DNA of 64,000 nucleotides. It comes from Callorhinchus milii (Eukaryota). Below, one piece after another: positions 28,701-41,555 of the stretch. The notes beneath the pieces are model-generated. The model was not told the origin of the DNA. It saw only the letters and a list, made by a program, of their open reading frames with translations, and did no database searches. Both the position numbers and the translations under genes were made by a program. Positions within the stretch are counted from its first letter, which is position 1; each line of letters begins with the position of its first letter. Location of the stretch: positions 5,146,001 to 5,210,000 of the forward strand of contig NW_024704750.1 of assembly GCF_018977255.1 (NCBI RefSeq), in the 5' to 3' direction.

Positions 28701-31700
28701 ACACACCCACTCACCCACACACTCACTCACCCACTCACTCACTCCACTCACACTCACTCCACTCACACTCACTCCACACACACTCACTCCACACACACTC
28801 ACTCACACTCACTCCACTCACACGCCCACTCACACTCACTCACACTCACTCACTCACACCCACTCACACTCACTCCACTCACTCACACTCACTCCACTCA
28901 CACACCCTCACACTCACTCTCACTCACACACCCACTCACACTCACTCCACTCACTCCACTCACACACCCACTCTCACTCACACACCCACTCACTCCACTC
29001 ACACACCCACTCACACTCCCCTTTACTCCGGTGATTGCATAGAGTTATTTTATTTGCCTGTTGCTGCTGCTGTTTTTTTTTTGTCTTAACACAGCTTCCA
29101 AACAGTTTCATCGCATTCCCCGCCACCCCGTCCATCCGATCAATTGCTAAGGGCGCAGTTGTTTTTCGACCCCATCCACTAATAGCGGAAAAAAAGCATC
29201 AGCGCAATCTTGCATTTATTCAGTGCGTGTTTTGAACTCAACGCCTTTTGAGTCGAGTTCAAACCCGCACTGAATGAAATAAAAAGTTCCTTTTACTTAA
29301 GATTTCTTTCTGTGCATGCATCCCCTGGCCTCTTGGATTGACTGTGCAACCACAGTTACTTGTTCCGCCGCTGTGTAATCATTAACGCTTAATGTAAACC
29401 AAGTACCTCAATAGCTCACCTTCATATTGCATGTGTGTGGGGGAGAGAGAGAGAGAGAGAATAAAACAGTTGTGGAAACTTTTGTTATTGATCTGTTGCA
29501 AATTCAGATCAAACTAAACAGAGAAACGATCATCTGCTGAACGATAATTAGTGTCCCCCTATTTCCTGAACACTTTATGTGGTAGGGGGTGGGGAGGGGG
29601 TAATAATTCTCAGTCATTTCGTTGAGTCATTTTGTGTGTAGCAGAGGAAGAACAACATGGAAAATAAGCGGTATCTGAAAGGGAGTGCAATTTAGTTAGT
29701 AATCTAATCTGTCTATTCAGGTGACACAAGAGGAACGTTTCAGTGGCCTGGACCATATTGGGTTACTTCTCTCTCAATAGTTTATACTGTGTCTCCTTTC
29801 ATGCAGTCCTGCTTCTAGGAAAGTTGCATGTTGTCATGTCCACTGTATACCAATTCATGTTTGTTTTTCCCTCCATAAAGCTAGCCACCAATATTACGCT
29901 TTTGCCTACAAAATATACAGTCAATTCACTTTCCAACAAAATTATATTTGTATAGCGACTTTCAGCGTATCCTGTGAAGCATTTTGAGACGTCTTGAAGA
30001 TGTGGTAAGGCGCTATACCAAAAGCAAGGATTATTGTTATTATTTTGAGAGTATATTACTTCCATTTGTTGCTCCATTTGCCTACTAAATACACAGTCAT
30101 TACAGTAAATTCTGTGAAGTGCTTTCAGATGCCCTCCTGACAAAGAAGTCACTATATAAATGCAAAGATCATTATTATTTTCTTTTCATTTCTCCCCTGA
30201 GCCCTGTGCATTTGCATCTGGAAATAATTACTCCACTGGCATTGCCGATCCTGTATGGCAGGAAAATTGCTTTTGCCCTGCGGAAATCCCCATGTATTTA
30301 CGTGGTGCTGCCTTGTGCCACAGAGATTTTGTGGGTTTGTAGTCTGAAGGTCAGAACCAGTGTCCCCCCATTTCCTGAACGCCGCAAACTGTTGCACAGC
30401 ACTACCACATCACCACTTCACTCTAATCCTTGTCTGGACCTATTCCAAAATAAAGGGCTTTAAGCCATGGAACAGGAAGCAGTGACGCCAATTCAACAAC
30501 AACAATGGTACTTGAAAATGACATCACCAACACTTTCAACAACAACAAATTACCTTTGTAGAGCGCCTTTCATGGTGGGAGGACATCCCAAGGCGCTGGA
30601 CAGTCAGGGATGTGGACCCGAGCTGGGGGTTGGGATCAGGAGGGGCGGAGAGCAGGGCCATCTCACCAAAATACTCTACTACTGTGCTTGAAGATTGATG
30701 GTAACATGAATCCAGACGTGCTCTTAATTAAGAACAGCGGGGCCTGGTCTGTCAGTCTATCGACATTCCTTTCTCATTAAACCGTCACACTAGCTCACGG
30801 TCACTGGTTAGGGAGGGCTGACCATGGGAAGGAGTGGGGGGGGGGTTTCCAAGTTTTCATTATCAGTTACAGTTAAGTTAATGTGCAGATGATAACTCTT
30901 TTTCTTGCAAAATATTTATGAATTTCTTATAAGCAAGCTACAGACCTGGATGTCACCTGGGCAGATAACATAATTTCAGTATTTTTTTGTTAGAATCGTT
31001 TTTATGTTTTGGTTTCCATGTAATCGGTAAACAAATGCACTGCGCTGTAATGTTGCAGACTATAATGCAGCACTGTTTGACCATTGACCAGCTAAACCGA
31101 TTTTAATGGAATTATAACCAAATGTTCCATTTGCCTTAGCTTCCAAATGACCTAATTATTGTGAACTATTCGTCATTCATTATTTTAATCTTTGCACCTA
31201 CAAAATACAGGAACTACACAGTTTATCCTGTTAAGTTCTTTGAGGTTTCTTCTGATCTGAAAAGTATTATGTGGAATCTAAGAATTATTATTCAATTGTT
31301 TGTGACTTGTCTTTTGTTGCATTTGCCTCCATTCCTTTATCTCCCATATATTATGCAGATGTAATTCCTCTGTTTGATCCACATACTATTATTGCCTTGA
31401 TTTGTTTTCCACGGTTTGTTGGTGCCATCCGTATACACCTTCCAAACACTTTTGAGGCTTACTCTCTGCATGGATATAGTTGATGTATTTAGAATCTTTA
31501 GTTATAAATGATATTGCGTAATGGATTCCATGATTCCTAAGTGAATCTCTCGCTTCACTGAAACTCATAATTGTTGACTCTCCTGGAAGAGAGACTCTCG
31601 TTGACTGAATTGAACCTTTCCGATGGACTAGTTTAAAGATGTGGTCCTGAACTTGATACTTTAGCGACCATTTTGAATATCATATGAGAAGCTCACCGAG

Positions 31701-34700
31701 GTGTGGTTTGCTGCAGCTAAACCAACTCTGCGCTCTCCCTTGTAAGCTTAGATGACGCACTTCTAATTTAGCCTCCAACTTAATTGTTTCCCTTTTTCCG
31801 CTTCTTCCAAGAGATGCTCTCGACATTTAATCAGTAAAGCCAACAACATTCTGGATTAGTTTTCTCAATTCTGGGACGCAGTTTTGAGATCTCGTACACA
31901 CTGTAATACTCTACCTGAAAGCGTATTTTTAGTCCTTCGCTTGATTGATTGATAATGTAGTTAGTTAGGTAGGTAGGTACAGTATTACACTTGGTGTTTT
32001 TAGCGCTGAATAGAGACGAGTAAATGGGCAGTTGTGGTGCAGCAGTAGAGCAAAGCTTTAAAAAACCTTGTTCTATATTGAGAGCACTCTGGCTGTAGAG
32101 ACTTTGCATGCAATTTAGACTTTTAAAAGATTTTAAGGATCTGTTATTTGTGTGAAAGCCAATTGTTTGAAATGGTGGACAAATCTGGACGAGCCGTACA
32201 TCCTGCTATTGTCTTGTGCGGATCCATATTGCTGCTGTTACCACATAAACACTCCTCCTGTTCCAAGTGACTGCTCCTGTAGTTGCATTTCTTATCTGAG
32301 ACGTTAATTGTGCTGTACACAACACATTATCAGTTGTCAGGGAAATAAGATTCTTTGGCAGAAAGAAGTTTTGAATGTTGGCTCAAATGTGTTGGCGAGT
32401 TGTTCAGGGAAGTGATTTTAATGCTTTATTCTGACCCAAGGAAATTCTCAGTGTACCAACCAAACTGGAACAATAAATGTCAATTTGTACTGTGTTACCA
32501 AGCATTAGATAATTTAGCAGAAAATTTGTGGTAAACCAGAAGTAAAGTGAGTGAATTATTCCAACACTGCTTAGCAAAGTCTGCATCACAACTAATGTTC
32601 CTGAACTTTTATTCCCCTTGAAATGCAGACCATGAATATCTTTTCTTTAACTGACGACGTGAAGATTTTAAATTTTAAAATATCAAATTAGTTGGATATT
32701 TTGTTCTTTTAACTTCTATTTGATGAGTTTAATCTGAGGATAGGATAGACTTGTTCATTCTCCGAGCTACACCATGCTTATATACTTACCTGAATCTATT
32801 TCAAGAGTGGTGTTTTTTTCAGGGAGTACAAGTTCCATTGTTATCGGCTGATCAGAGCTAAATACTTGGTTTGTTTTAGAATCATTCGCACAATTAATTC
32901 CTAGTTTCCTAGTATGAAGAAAGCTTACTCATGCAGCGATGCTCCGTTTCTGTTCGATTGAGGCCTCTCTATTTGCTATTTTCAGAATTGTTCTTACTGT
33001 GAACTGTTGTGAGTATGTATTTGGGCATCTTGGCAGTGGTAAGGTGGCCCATACAATGACATCCTTTGACAGTGAATTTGTTCAGCGGGCAGTGTGAGCA
33101 GTGTTGTTCAGTATTGTGGGCATACTTGAATTTGGAGAATGGAACACAGTTAAGATACCCAGAAACCATAAAATATCCTGTATTCATTTTCACCCCAGCT
33201 GGTCAGTAAGTGTTGCTGGACACCAAGCAGAGCAAATAGATTATCTTCTGAGCAAGATAATGAACTCATATGGTAACGATATTTAGTGGTGACTAGTAAT
33301 AATGCTATGTTACCTCAATTCATACACTACCAAGGCGTCTCCTGTAACTCTTACCAGCCTATTGTTAATGTAACAACAGCAACAACAACAAAATTACATT
33401 TGTATAGCTTTCACGTCGGGAGGACGTCCCAAGGTGGTGGTTTAACAAGAAATGTTTGGATGTTTGGTGTTTGAGCCGAAAAAGGGGTGTGACTGATCAG
33501 TGCAATTCATTTCAGAGAGGAGTGCTGAGGGGTGGATCTTTGCAGAAAACAAGCTCTTATATTGTGAATGCTTCAAGTGTCTGAAATGAATTCTCGCCTG
33601 TTGCACAAACCTGCCAAGTATTACCACAATATCGCCATTGTGTACCTGTTTGGATTATGGTGAAGCAATGCTTGTTTTCCAATGAAAAGGAATTTGTTAT
33701 AAAAGGAACAAATGTGCTGCCTATTGAAAACCTTTTTGTTTCCCGCAAGAAATAATATGTTAATTTCTCCTGCGTATTTCTCTATTGACTGCATTATATT
33801 TACACTAACTATTGCACTAACTAGTACAGTTCAGGATCCATTATGGCCAAATAGTAACCTGAGCTTTTCTTTCCAGAACAAGGTCAATTAAATTAAATCT
33901 CTTTGATCAAATTGCATCGAAAACAAGTTCATACTTCCTTCTTGAAAATGAATACATAGGTAGATACTCGGCTGTGTCTCTCACCTGTTAAGTAAACATT
34001 TGCTTACTTAATCCCAACCCAAAAAGTGGTGTGTGAAGTTTCATCATTTTAATTGAAGTGATTTTCCCAGGGGTTGAAGGTGAATGTAAGATCTCATAGG
34101 TGTCTGGTATTAAAATCTGAAAATGTTTGGCCTAATTTCAGTGCTGGATCTCTTAGATAAGAGTTCATTTTTCATCGATCAAAACACTGACTTTTTTTGA
34201 GACTTTGTAGGTTCAGTGACTCAAATCTTCTTTGCATATGTGGAATCTTTATACAGTTTACAGGAGAAGTATTTTTTGATTTAGAATATGTAAAATACTT
34301 CTATTCTGAATAGAATGGGTTTGATGAGGCACATGATTGTGTTTCTAATGACTGTGTGCACGGTATTTTCAGAGTTTGACAATATTAATCCAACTAACTT
34401 TGTTTGTTTGTTGCAGGAGCTGCTGGGGTTCTGGTTGGGCACCCATTTGACACTGTAAAGGTGAGTTGGCTGATACTTGTGTTACTTTGCTAAATAAACC
34501 ACAAAGCCCATGAAAGGCTACATGCCTGTGTCTCTTTGGGGGTGATGCTCTGTGTGCCTGTACATTTAGTTTAAGATTATTTTGACAGCGTGCGTTACAA
34601 TGGAACGTCCCAATAATCACCCGCAGTGTCAAAAAAATGCAATTAAACACATCGGCACCTCAAGCATCACCCCCTTTTGTGTTTCATACCTTTTCGCTGA

Positions 34701-37700
34701 ACGTATTGATTTTCACATGTTTTTCAAGTGCTTTAACCGAGAAAAAAAAGAATAAATATCTTAAGCAATGCGTAACCTTGCAGCTAACGGAGATTAGTTT
34801 TCATTCAAAACCATTCAGGAGAAAGTCTGTCTGATTGCTCCAACACTGAGAGCTTTAACGCTTAACTGTTAAATATTTAACTAATATCTTGATGAATTTT
34901 GACCTCAAAATTGACTGGGGGGTGATTGGAATTGATCAAATAAACGAGAGTAAAATGTATATTTTTTTAATGCACATAAATAACCAGAGAGGTTGTGTAA
35001 GATATTCATGCTTGCTGGATTACATTTGAGGCAGGATCATGTGGGCGTTTGGGCCTAAGACATTCCAGTTTCATTTAAGACCCAATTCTTTCACTTGCAA
35101 TTGTTGAGGGTGACAACTATGGATTAAAGAGTTCATTTTGTACATGAGCAGCTAGTGGAGATGGTTGTTGTGGGATCGAGGTAAAGTCCATTTGACATGC
35201 AAGAATTTTTACTGGAAATGTTGGTAATTGCCCCCCTCCCCCAAATTGTAAATTTGCTTCCCGAACTGAAACTGACCTTTACTGGGTTAGATTGCTAAAT
35301 GGACGTATTTTGTAATGATCAGGCTTGCTGTACAGACACATCATCTGTAAATGCCAATTAGAGTAGCATTTATGATTGAGACATATATATATATATATAT
35401 ATACAATGTGTCCTGCCCTCTGGATTAAGAAAGCAGGAGCCAGGAGAGGAGCTAAGTATTTGATGGAGAAAACTTTGGACAAAGAAAGGGGAAAAAGAGT
35501 TTCGGTTCAGTATTTGTTCAAAGAACAGTGGCTTCTCTGAAAGCTCATTTAATCCAGTGAATAGCTGAGCCTCACAAAGCAAGAAGTGCTCAGATGTATT
35601 GCTGTAAGTTAGCTGATCTCAGACATGGCCATAGTAGGGGAGCTGCAAATGTTTGGCCCTGGGTTAGAGAAGGGGAAAATCGGCCTAGGGTTCCCACCCT
35701 CCCTTTGGAGGTTCATGCTGCGTCGACTTTGAACATGATGGTTCCTATGGACCACTAGCCCATCAGCACTCACTGTCCAGGCTCACACATAAATGAATAG
35801 TGGTCACTTGAATGTAATACCGATAGGATTGCAACCAGGGACCTATAGAGCTGTAATGCAGCAAGGAGTCCCCTCTTTCAGGAAAGGGAAGATTAGGGGA
35901 AGAATAATGATGAGAGGGCAGGCAGGGGAGGAGTGGGGATTGTCTCTGTAACATTCAAAATGGCTGGAGAGAGGCTGAATCAATGTGCGAGCATTTTGGT
36001 AATTGGAGAGTCTCGCAGGCTGTGGTTCAGAGTAGCTATAGACTTTCCCCGCCCTACTGATGAGGGGGCAGCGAGCAGAAGCTGTGACTTTCCATACATG
36101 TGAGAAGATTAGGAGAGATCCTGCCAGCAACTCTACCCTCCAGCCTCACTGCTGCCGGCTCCGTGTGACATGTGGTGAGGCCTGGGAGTAGATTATTTCA
36201 GTCTGAGTCAAGGAGAGAATGTGGGAGACAATAGATGGGTTGATGGCTTCACTGAGAGGGAAACAAAATCACAAATTGACCAAAAGGTTTCCAAAATCAT
36301 TACATTTGGTGCTACCACTCTAGAAACCAAAGCAGTTGTATTTACTCTGTGACTCTTCAGAATAGCACATTGTCAGTGCAGATAAAACCAAGGCGCTGTT
36401 TTCTGATTGTCTTGAGTTTTCTAACCAGGATACTCATACAGTGCTGTTGGATTAGGAGCCACTCTATAAAGCATTCTGAGACATTTTTTTTCTTGCTATT
36501 ATCATGTAATGTATGAAGTTTGTTGCGTTTAACTGCTTCTACTTTCTGAGCTAGGGGCTGTCCTCATTAACAGCAAAAGTGTTACTTTGTGATGAGAGAT
36601 AAGCCTCATCACGGGAGAATTCCTAGTAAGTACAGAAAAGGTGAATTTATACATCCTTCAGTTTCTGTCCAGTTCTGAATTTATACCACGTGACTATCAC
36701 TTTTCAGAAAAGCAAAACTGTGGAGTCTTAAACACACATATAGCATGTTTCTGTTTCTTCTGTAAACTTTGCAGAGCTTAAATTTTACCTGCGGCTTAAA
36801 AGTAGTTTTAGAAATAAGTACTGTAGATGCTATTCCATATCAATAACTTTAACTGCAATTGTGAAGTGATAAATTGCGGACACAAATATGTCTATTGTAC
36901 TGTGAGTCCAGTTTGAATCTGTTGCCTTTTCTAGAAATGCACTTGTTTTGTAGGTGCGACTTCAAGTACAAAATCCAGATAAGCCACGTTACCGTGGGAC
37001 TTTCCACTGTTTCCAGTCCATCATAAAACAAGAGTCGGTAAGTTACCTCTGTGCTTGTTTCTCAACAGTCAGCCATGGTCTCAGCCAAGGTGCTGAGTCT
37101 TGATAGTAGCATCTGAGCTGACTGTTCTTCCTTGTCTTCCAGATGTCCTGGAATATAATAATTACAATAATAATCATTCTTGCATTTGATATATCACATC
37201 TTCGAGATGTCTTAAAGCTTCACAGCATATACTGTAAAGTGAATTGATTGTATATTTTGTGGGAGAAAACTCGGCAGCTAATTGTGCACAGAAGCATCCC
37301 ATAAACAGTCGTGGGTTGAGTGACCAAATTATTATTTTTTTTGATTGTTTTTTTGAAGGGATATTACCTCTGGGAAAGCGATCCACCAATCTAGTAACAA
37401 CCTGGTTCCTACTTACTGCTAGGTAAACAGAGGTGTTTGGAGTAAGGAAACTTGCCCAACTTTTCGCCCTGGAATCGAGCCCAGGTCCTCTTGTTTGCGA
37501 GGCGAGTGCTGTAACCAATGAACTCCAAGACTCTGCATATACTGGAAACCAAAAATTTTATACCACTGTTGATTAATGTTGGGGGTCCTCCCAACATGAA
37601 AAACGCTAAATACAAATGTGTGTAGTTTTGTTGTTGTTGTCCTGCAACGGGATGAATATCAAACCTTGTGTTTATTCTCGTCTGTGTTCTGAGAGCAGAA

Positions 37701-39278
37701 CTGTGTGCAATGTTATGAGTTACTGCATTAGATGTGCCAGTCTGGCTCAGTTGGAGGGCTGTAGTAACCATATGTGCATCACACAATGGCTATTTTGGAC
37801 CATTGGGCTCTGGAATGGAGCTGGCACAAATGGAATATTTCTGTCTGTAGGATTGATGACTCTGCTGGATTTAGCAGTGAGATAAATTTCTGATTTGAAA
37901 TGGGCTATTATTACTTGAGCTACTATTTGATGCCACTGGGAGGTGTAGCACAGGCCTGTCAGATTCAGCCAATTGAAACGCTTGATGTGCATAGTCGAAA
38001 CAGTGAACTGCTGTAATAAACAAATGCAGTACTTTAATGAGATGGTGGTGACATTTTTGGCAGGGTGAGCTCATATTAACTGAGTCTCTGCTGTGAAATT
38101 CTGTCTGCCGGTTCCTGTCCTTGCCATTGCATCTCAGTGATGGTGGATTTGAAATGAGATTTTAATACTGATTTGGGGAAAAATGGAATCCATTAACTCT
38201 TATGTTTCACCCACAAAATATACAGTCAATCCACTTTACAGTATATTCTAAGCACTCTGGGACGCTACCCTGCTTGAGGGACGTTATATAAATACAAGTT
38301 GTTGTTGTTGTTCTGTGAAGCGCTTTGAGATGTCTCAATGATGGGATAAGGCAGTATATCAAATTATTATTATTATATAAGACAAAATTGATCTAATCCC
38401 ACAAATTTTCATGTGCTGAGGAGGAATGCAGGAGGGATTTAAGGACATGGACAAATACATGTTTTTTTGTGCTTGGCTTGTAAAATTTTATTAAGACTAT
38501 ATTTTAAAATCTTTAATATGACATTTTGTTTCAGGCCTATGGACTCTACAAAGGTATTGGTTCACCAATGATGGGTTTGACCTTCATCAATGCTATTGTA
38601 TTTGGCGTCCAGGGAAATGCGATGCGTTACTTAGCGCGGGATACTCCACTTAATCAGTTCCTCGCAGGGGCTGCGGCTGGGGCAGTTCAGTGTGTCATCT
38701 GTTGCCCCATGGAACTGGCCAAAACAAGAATGCAACTTCAAGGTACGGGTGAATTGCAAGTAAAGAGCAAAGTCTACAAGAATTCTCTGGACTGTTTAAT
38801 TAGAATCTATAGAAAACAAGGGATCCGTGGAATCAACAAAGGCATGGTGACTACCATCGTAAGGGAATTACCTGGCTTTGGCTTCTACTTCCTCACGTAT
38901 GATTGTTTAACCAGAGCCTTAAACTGTGAACCCGATGACAGTCTTATAATCCCTAAATTGCTCTTTGCTGGGGGAATGTCTGGAATAGCATCTTGGCTCT
39001 CCACCTACCCCGTTGATGTTATTAAGTCCCGGTTGCAAGCTGATGGAGTGGGAGGAGTGAACCAATACAATGGCATCTGGGACTGCATCCGTCAGAGCTA
39101 CCAGAAGGAAGGGTGGCAGGTGTTCACGAGAGGACTCACCTCTACCCTGCTGAGAGCTTTTCCTGTCAACGCTACAACGTTTGCCACAGTCACACTCTTC
39201 CTGATGACTGCGAGGGCTGAAGAAAGTTGCAAAGAGCTGGAGCCAGCCCCAGCGATCCAGCAGCCTTCAAGCCTGTGA
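25744..39278 (+). CDS. SLC25A29: Mitochondrial basic amino acid carrier SLC25A29, whole spliced CDS (301 aa)
   Basis: join(25744-25777,34417-34460,36954-37037,38535-39278) = 906 nt; [34 protein letters not shown]-terminal QPSSL. Confidence 0.96.
25855..26667. repeat. C-rich minisatellite (CCCCCACACTCCCCCCTCA)n
   Basis: Visible tandem units. Confidence 0.97.
26820..27634. repeat. CpG-containing minisatellite (CCCCGCGATGCCCCCCTCACTGC)n
   Basis: Visible tandem units of about 20-23 bp. Confidence 0.97.
27792..29020. repeat. CACT/CACA compound satellite (ACTCACACTCACTCCACTCACACACCC variants)
   Basis: Almost G-free tandem array. Confidence 0.97.
29870..30180 (+). mobile_element. Two tandem SINE 3' halves
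   Basis: atacagtcaattcac..gtgaagc..gcaaggattatt pattern occurs twice (ending near 30045 and 30180). Confidence 0.65.
30537..30660 (-). mobile_element. L2 LINE 3' remnant
   Basis: (CAA)n then agcgcctttcatggtgggaggacatcccaaggcgct. Confidence 0.75.
33375..33440 (-). mobile_element. L2 LINE 3' tail remnant
   Basis: (ACA)n then ttcacgtcgggaggacgtcccaagg. Confidence 0.75.
34417..34460 (+). CDS. SLC25A29: SLC25A29 exon 2
   Basis: [14 protein letters not shown]; ttgcag / gtgagt. Confidence 0.95.
35590..35830 (+). mobile_element. Ancient SINE fragment (AmnSINE2-like by recall)
   Basis: agttagctgatctcag..gtagggg..ctgggttagagaaggggaaaatcggcctagggttcc..cactcactgtccaggctcacac. Confidence 0.5.
36954..37037 (+). 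CDS. SLC25A29: SLC25A29 exon 3
   Basis: [28 protein letters not shown]; tttgtag / gtaagt. Confidence 0.95.
37165..37532 (-). mobile_element. tRNA-head SINE, long variant
   Basis: Same family with an extra internal segment at about 37367-37430. Confidence 0.85.
37578..37640 (+). mobile_element. L2 LINE 3' tail remnant
   Basis: gggggtcctcccaacatgaaaaacgct..(TTG)n. Confidence 0.65.
38200..38378 (+). mobile_element. SINE 3' half with a nested L2-type tail (38251-38311)
   Basis: SINE body breaks at tattct and resumes at ttctgtgaagcgcttt. Confidence 0.7.
38535..39278 (+). CDS. SLC25A29: SLC25A29 last coding exon
   Basis: [27 protein letters not shown]...[10 protein letters not shown]...QQPSSL-stop. 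Confidence 0.96.
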   Translation, partial: AYGLYKGIGSPMMGLTFINAIVFGVQGNAMRYLARDTPLNQFLAGAAAGAVQCVICCPMELAKTRMQLQGTGELQVKSKVYKNSLDCLIRIYRKQGIRGINKGMVTTIVRELPGFGFYFLTYDCLTRALNCEPDDSLIIPKLLFAGGMSGIASWLSTYPVDVIKSRLQADGVGGVNQYNGIWDCIRQSYQKEGWQVFTRGLTSTLLRAFPVNATTFATVTLFLMTARAEESCKELEPAPAIQQPSSL

Positions 39279-41314
39279 AGCCATTTGATGTGTCTTCCTC
39301 CTGTTACCTTCAGCAGAGTGTGTCCTCTCTGATAACTGGATTTTACTCGTTCTATTTTTATAAGTGTAGTAAAATTACGAAAATTGTACTGCGGTGTAAA
39401 TAAGTTGTGTGTAAGAATTATTTCTTTATAAGTAGCCTTGAGTATTACGCTGAACAGAATTCCATCCAGTTTGGCTGCTTGTGAGACCACAGCTTCATTC
39501 ATGCCTTATATATCAAATAGAATGTACATAGTGTATTTTAGTTAAGAATGAAGCAAAGAATGTGATTTTTTTTTTTGCCCTCAGGCATGTAATGTACAAA
39601 AAGCTACTTCACTGACCTGACAAGAATAAGTTGATAGCACAGAGGGTCCAAGTTTGAACTACCACATACGTAAAGAAAGTTAATGACAGAAAGGAGCACA
39701 CAGCTAAAGCCAGCTGAACAACCAGTTACATTTTATTTGCAGCTACATTGGGGGGAAATTTGCTAGTCAGTTTTCTTAAGCTTAACACATAAAGCTTATT
39801 TAACTATTTTGAGGAATCTGTATTTAAAATGAATGGCTGATTGATTGAATGACTAATATGCCTCGGTATTTAATATATTCTAAATATTTGACCACAATGT
39901 GAAGTACAGTGTTTAAACTGCACACAAATCCCTAAAGTCCTTAAGTTCTAAGGCACACATCTTCATTGTTGCTGTTACATGATGTCGGGAATTATCCTGC
40001 AGGATTATATAAACTGTGTTATGGGCCATTCAACTCAACTGCAAATAGGCATTACGTAACAAATGGCTACGGATATTTTTTTCTCTCTCTCTTTCACCCC
40101 CACTGCTGTACTTTTGGGATGTGCTGTGGTGACTCATACATGCTTTTATTTTCCTGATGTGCGCACAGTATTTTAATATTTAAAATTAGGTTGTATTTGG
40201 AGCCAAGTGGAGTTACAGTTAATTTTCAGGAATCTGTCCACTATTCTTAGCCTTGGGTTTTTTAGTGTTGTGGTCTCTTGTGTTTTATATTGATGTTTTG
40301 TGCAGAGTACATTTACAGGTTTTTTTTGATTGATTGACTGATGTATTACATCATCTATGAGGAGTCATGTTAATCAGAATTCTGAACTCCCATAATGGCC
40401 TGGTGTAAAGAGGTGACCACCCACCGCAGCCACAGATCAGGCAAGTTTCAAATGAATGTAGCCATAACTTTTTCAATGAGTGAACAGATCTAGTAACTCA
40501 CCACTAGTAATGATGTGACCGATTGAGTTAGTCAGCTCATGGATGGAGAAATAGTTACTATGATTCGGGTCCATAAAGCTTACTGTCTTTGTTTTCCACA
40601 ATGCTCAAATGTGCTGTTCAATATTATCCCAATTTTGAGTTTTTAATGAAAACTACCTCTCCCAAGGTAACTGCGGTGGCCCCAGAGGACAACAGAGTTG
40701 GGAAACTCAATTTGTAGCTTGATCTCAATGTGAGACGTTTCAGTTTGCCATCCAGTGGCCTGTGGAATTGGAAGCTGCTGTTACTGCCAGTTCTGTCTAG
40801 CAGGTAATCAGGTGCCAGTCTTCTTGGCTGCCATCTGTCAACTACAAGTAAATTCCACACTAGAGTCCACACCCATGTTATATAGAGGTATATCATGTAT
40901 GGCAGTTTTATGCCTTACTGTCCAGAGATGGATTTTTAAAAGTACAAACGTTGGATTTCAACTACCGAAAGTTCATGGATTCAAACGTCTATGCTCTCCT
41001 TTTAATATAATTCACTTTTGCACAAGAACTCTTCTCAACCCATTGTGCAGTTGTAGGAATGGACAAAAGCAAGTTGTGTTGACTTGCCTTTTGGGGGCAT
41101 ATCTTGTATCAGGTGACCGATGGGTGGAATTACATATTCCAACCTTTCTCTGTTGCTTGGGACAGGTGCAATATATATATAATATCCACTGATGCTATTC
41201 AACAAAGATTCTCAATACAGTTCGCAGTACTGTTTTTTATGGGCACAAACGACTTTATTTTGCAATGAGAGAAAACATTTGTACATGGCACGAAGATCAA
41301 TTTTCCGAATGTCA

Positions 41315-41555
41315 AATAAATTGCAATCTCAAAGTGCGTGCTTGGAGCCTGGAACCATGGTGAATGTCTGCAGATTATCTGAATGAGTTTGTTTATGTAT
41401 TGAAGATGTGTGCTTGATTAACTAGACAGTACAGCCTTTGGCTTTTTGGTTAATCATGTTGTACTGACTGTTGTGGCTTGTTTCAACCTAGCAATGTGGT
41501 TTATCATGTACCTTACTATGTAAAGTACCATATCAAGATTGAAAGGGAAAATAAA
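41315..41555 (+). terminator. Candidate SLC25A29 polyadenylation signals
   Basis: AATAAA at 41315 and 41550; the second is followed by a GT/T-rich element (ttttctgttgtgaatgttttt). Confidence 0.55.

Noticed and set aside
25813-29089. 300-450 aa Pro/His/Thr-rich ORFs
   Set aside because: Stop-free tandem repeats open in all three frames; no coding signature.
36052-36072. CTCF-like word ctgatgagggggcagc
   Set aside because: Several mismatches in the 5' core; too weak to call.
15210-39278. Both SLC25 CDSs are exactly 906 nt
   Set aside because: Carrier proteins cluster near 300 aa and exon structures differ; coincidence.
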